Shown: piece after piece, positions 61,295 to 64,000 of the stretch
Position numbering within the stretch: the first letter of the stretch is position 1
How the letters are laid out: each line of letters begins with the position of its first letter
Virus record (IMG/VR): IMGVR_UViG_3300042114_000045
Location: 32,001 to 96,000 of that record
DNA from: a virus
Length of the DNA: 64,000 nucleotides
Strand: one strand, 5' to 3'
Notes under the pieces: model-generated
The model's database searches: none
The model's input: the letters and a program-made list of their open reading frames with translations, nothing else
What the model was told of the DNA's origin: nothing
Made by a program: the position numbers and the translations under genes

Positions 61295-62095
61295 ATGCTA
61301 TTTTCAGCAGCAGCGCTAGTAAAAAATTCAGCAACTCAAATGGTGTATAAGAATAGAAACAAAGTACCTGATATAAGACCTACTGCAAGAATGGTAGAAG
61401 CAATGAAACGCCAATACAGCTCAACACAGCCAGGTTCTAAAGTAGAGATGGGTGGTAGCGTAAATATAGAACACAATAACTCCGTGAATACTGTGTGTTT
61501 CTCAGTAGATGAGGTAAGAGCATCAGGTAGAGGAGTACAGTTGGTTGAACACAAGTATATAGACTCTGAAGAACTACCGGAATGGTTTTTACATCAATCA
61601 TTAATACAAGTTGCATTCTACGGTACATTGGCTCTAAGGCTAAATAAACTGCGAACAGCTAAATTCCACTCACAACAAACTGGAATAGTGGAAGAAGTAT
61701 CTATCAGACGAGCAACAAATACCGTCTCATTAGAAGAAGATAGACCATTTTTTTCAAGAACAGTAACTGCAGCTGCTACGAGACGTCTACCATTCAATGA
61801 AATTGAAGTAGAAAAACCACCGTTAATAGTAGAACAGTTACTGGTATTTACCAGAGATAATAAAATTGAATGTGAATCTTGTAATATAGACTCACCAGCA
61901 ACAATACAGATGATGGCAAGTAGACAAGAAATTTATACAGTATCGACTTCTGAAGAAGTATTAGACTTCTATTCAGCTAAAGCGTATGTTGTAGCTACGA
62001 ATAACTACACCAACGCTAAAGCATTTGATGAAAAGTATAAATGGAAAGAATGGGAACTACTAAAGGATTCCTTCAAATATAAAAGAATTGCGTAG
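61295..62095 (+). CDS. Hypothetical protein, possible PD-(D/E)xK nuclease
   Basis: SVDE....LVEHK......Q.AFY pattern. Confidence 0.4.
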   Translation: MLFSAAALVKNSATQMVYKNRNKVPDIRPTARMVEAMKRQYSSTQPGSKVEMGGSVNIEHNNSVNTVCFSVDEVRASGRGVQLVEHKYIDSEELPEWFLHQSLIQVAFYGTLALRLNKLRTAKFHSQQTGIVEEVSIRRATNTVSLEEDRPFFSRTVTAAATRRLPFNEIEVEKPPLIVEQLLVFTRDNKIECESCNIDSPATIQMMASRQEIYTVSTSEEVLDFYSAKAYVVATNNYTNAKAFDEKYKWKEWELLKDSFKYKRIA

Positions 62096-62152
62096 TATAA
62101 AGTGACGCTATATAAATAAGCTTTAGACTAAAAACACAAACAGGAGAAAATT

Positions 62153-62943
62153 ATGGCAATCAAAAGAGTAGAAAGATCATTATCAGGAATGGTAAAATTT
62201 AAGGAATTAGCAGACTATCTAAATGCTAATAAAAAAACAGTAGAAGCAGGTAAAGCTGCACCAATGGCTCAAATCTTAAAGATTCTAGAAATAGAGAGAC
62301 CAGTAGAAAACGCTGCAGACTATAGAACAACAATTAAAGAAGCAAAGGCGTATGAGTCAAAAGTAAGATATTGGCAAAACAAAATCAATAGACTTATTGC
62401 GTATAGAGGACTTTATATGTCAATCAGCTTTCACAATGACTACTTCTTTTTTAAAACAAAAGAAGAATCAGCTCAAAAAGTTGAGTCGCTTTACAGAGAT
62501 TCAAGAACAAAAATGGTAAGAGGGGTTCAACTATCACACGGTATAGTTAACTACAGATCAGCGTTTACAACAGCGTTTAACAATCAAGAAATAGTAGCTG
62601 CTTATAGCGGTAACATTCTTTAATGATATAGACCGCAATGTCTCTAAACTAATTTCGAAATTAGGATAACCAGATGGATATTAACCAAAATGAATTGGCA
62701 GAACTTGTACAAAAACTTATTACAGATGCACTTGTAAAAGGTGGTGTTATTGCACCACAAACACCAGTAGTAGAAGAAGTACCAGCTACACCAGAATACT
62801 TAGTAACAGTAGACGGAACAATCGTTGATGCACCAGTTGCAGATTGTGATGAATTAGAAGAGTTGATCGAAGCAGTTTTAGAAGTAAATGAAAATGCTAA
62901 GATTTGTGTATATGAATTAAATGAAGAATTAGGAGCAAACTAA
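62153..62943 (+). other. Two hypothetical ORFs (62153..62623, 62674..62943)
   Basis: RBS-preceded ORFs. Confidence 0.55.
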
Positions 62944-62944
62944 A

Positions 62945-63094
62945 ATGGCAACATCAGCAGCAGAATTAGCAAAACAAATCGCAGCAGCAGCAGCAGCAGC
63001 GGCAGGTGGTAGAGATACTACAACTCAAAATAGTAGCATTAGAACAGCAGAAGCAAAATCTCTTGAAACAAAATCAGGTTCTGGAAACAGATAA
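62945..63094 (+). CDS. 49-aa low-complexity peptide ending KSGSGNR (not in ORF track)
   Basis: AGGAG RBS; MATSAAELAKQIAAAAAAAAGGRDTTTQNSSIRTAEAKSLETKSGSGNR; followed by GAGTACTC-TTCG-GAGTACTT hairpin. Confidence 0.6.
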   Translation: MATSAAELAKQIAAAAAAAAGGRDTTTQNSSIRTAEAKSLETKSGSGNR

Positions 63095-63146
63095 TTTTTA
63101 GAGTACTCTTCGGAGTACTTTATAAAACTATTAAAAGGAAAATAAT

Positions 63147-64000
63147 ATGTACAGATATAAACTTAAAGCAGAAATAATCTCTGCTTTTCAAAACAACGAA
63201 ATGGCAGCTATAAACGTAGCAACTTCAGAAATAATTCGTCATTTAATCGATTCAGGACAAATATACTATACTAGTACATTCAAATTCGATGACCTACCTA
63301 CAGATTTATCAATGCGTTCTTTTAACACATACTTTCCCATTCCTTATACAATGGAAAATGGTAACGACAGTAGATTTTCGATGCCAAAAAGCTGGGTGTC
63401 ATACACAACAGATTTGCCAGCAGGTCAAATATGGAGTGAAACTAAGTATAGAACCGTTAACTTTAGTGGTGATCACTTACTAGATCAAGTAAGAGTAAGG
63501 TATGCGTTTTATGACAGACCTATTTCAGGATTAATGAACGTAGTTATGGATAACTATATGCCAAAGATACTATACAACGCTAGATTTAATAGTAATAATC
63601 TTTTTAACCTTAAGTTACCAAAAACTATCTACTGTATATCACCTTGGTTTGCAGATGTAATTGGTGCTCATCAAATTGAAACAGAACAACTATGTAGAGT
63701 ACTTGGCTATACAGTTAAAGATTTAAAGCAATTAATTACAAAAGTAAAAGCAAACAATTACTCAATTACATTTGTAGGGTATGGTGGAACTGGCGTTAAT
63801 ACAATTCACTGGTTAACAGAAATTATGAAATTTACAAACAGTGTAAACTTATTTAAGTTTGTAGAAATAGTAGAACCAGAAAGTTTAGAAATATCAAACT
63901 TATTAAGATTCCCTAAACACCCAAACAAGGTATCAAACAATAGTGTTATTACACAATATAATATGAAACCTTCAGCAAAACTACGGCTATTAGATAAGTC
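63147..64000 (+). CDS. ThiF/MoeB/E1-like adenylyltransferase (partial; runs off window)
   Basis: Open from ATG 63147; ITFVGYGGTG Rossmann motif and VEPESLEISNLLR (D.D.VE.SNL.R-like). Confidence 0.7.
   Translation, partial: MYRYKLKAEIISAFQNNEMAAINVATSEIIRHLIDSGQIYYTSTFKFDDLPTDLSMRSFNTYFPIPYTMENGNDSRFSMPKSWVSYTTDLPAGQIWSETKYRTVNFSGDHLLDQVRVRYAFYDRPISGLMNVVMDNYMPKILYNARFNSNNLFNLKLPKTIYCISPWFADVIGAHQIETEQLCRVLGYTVKDLKQLITKVKANNYSITFVGYGGTGVNTIHWLTEIMKFTNSVNLFKFVEIVEPESLEISNLLRFPKHPNKVSNNSVITQYNMKPSAKLRLLDK

Noticed and set aside
62981-63004. GCA microsatellite as a phase-variation tract
   Set aside because: In-frame triplet encoding poly-Ala; length change would not shift frame

Overview
A 64-kb, AT-rich segment of a large lytic dsDNA tailed phage. 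The N4/Schitoviridae-like terminase pair and a T7-family single-subunit RNA polymerase point to that lineage. A Campylobacterota host is plausible from the tmRNA tag (ANN...AA) and TTAAG/TATAAT promoter style. The minus-strand arm (1-21.8 kb) holds the lysis cassette with a stand-alone PAS gene, unusually Cys-rich tail-fibre genes next to a GT9-like glycosyltransferase, terminases, a metallophosphoesterase, a 10-tRNA array and a RepL-like gene with 22-bp iterons. The plus-strand arm (22.3-64 kb) holds early genes, the RNAP, many small hypothetical ORFs, clusters of tRNA-like RNAs, a DUF2828 (Ro60/TROVE-like vWA) gene, a ter/telA operon, tmRNA and tRNAs, an NAD salvage module, an RNA-repair module (RtcB, CCA/HD, RNA ligase) and a ThiF/E1-like gene. 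Best candidates for undescribed biology: (1) an unannotated 33-codon leader-peptide attenuator whose codons match the downstream tRNA array; (2) eight ACAGCAA-motif RNAs, some embedded in tRNA scaffolds and several displaying anticodon stem-loops, around the Ro60-like gene; (3) a cluster of anticodon-less tRNA mimics; (4) Cys-rich virion proteins beside a glycosyltransferase; (5) a -1 frameshift that builds a membrane-anchored lytic transglycosylase. All calls come from manual motif reading and base-pair inspection; no database searches or folding programs were run.
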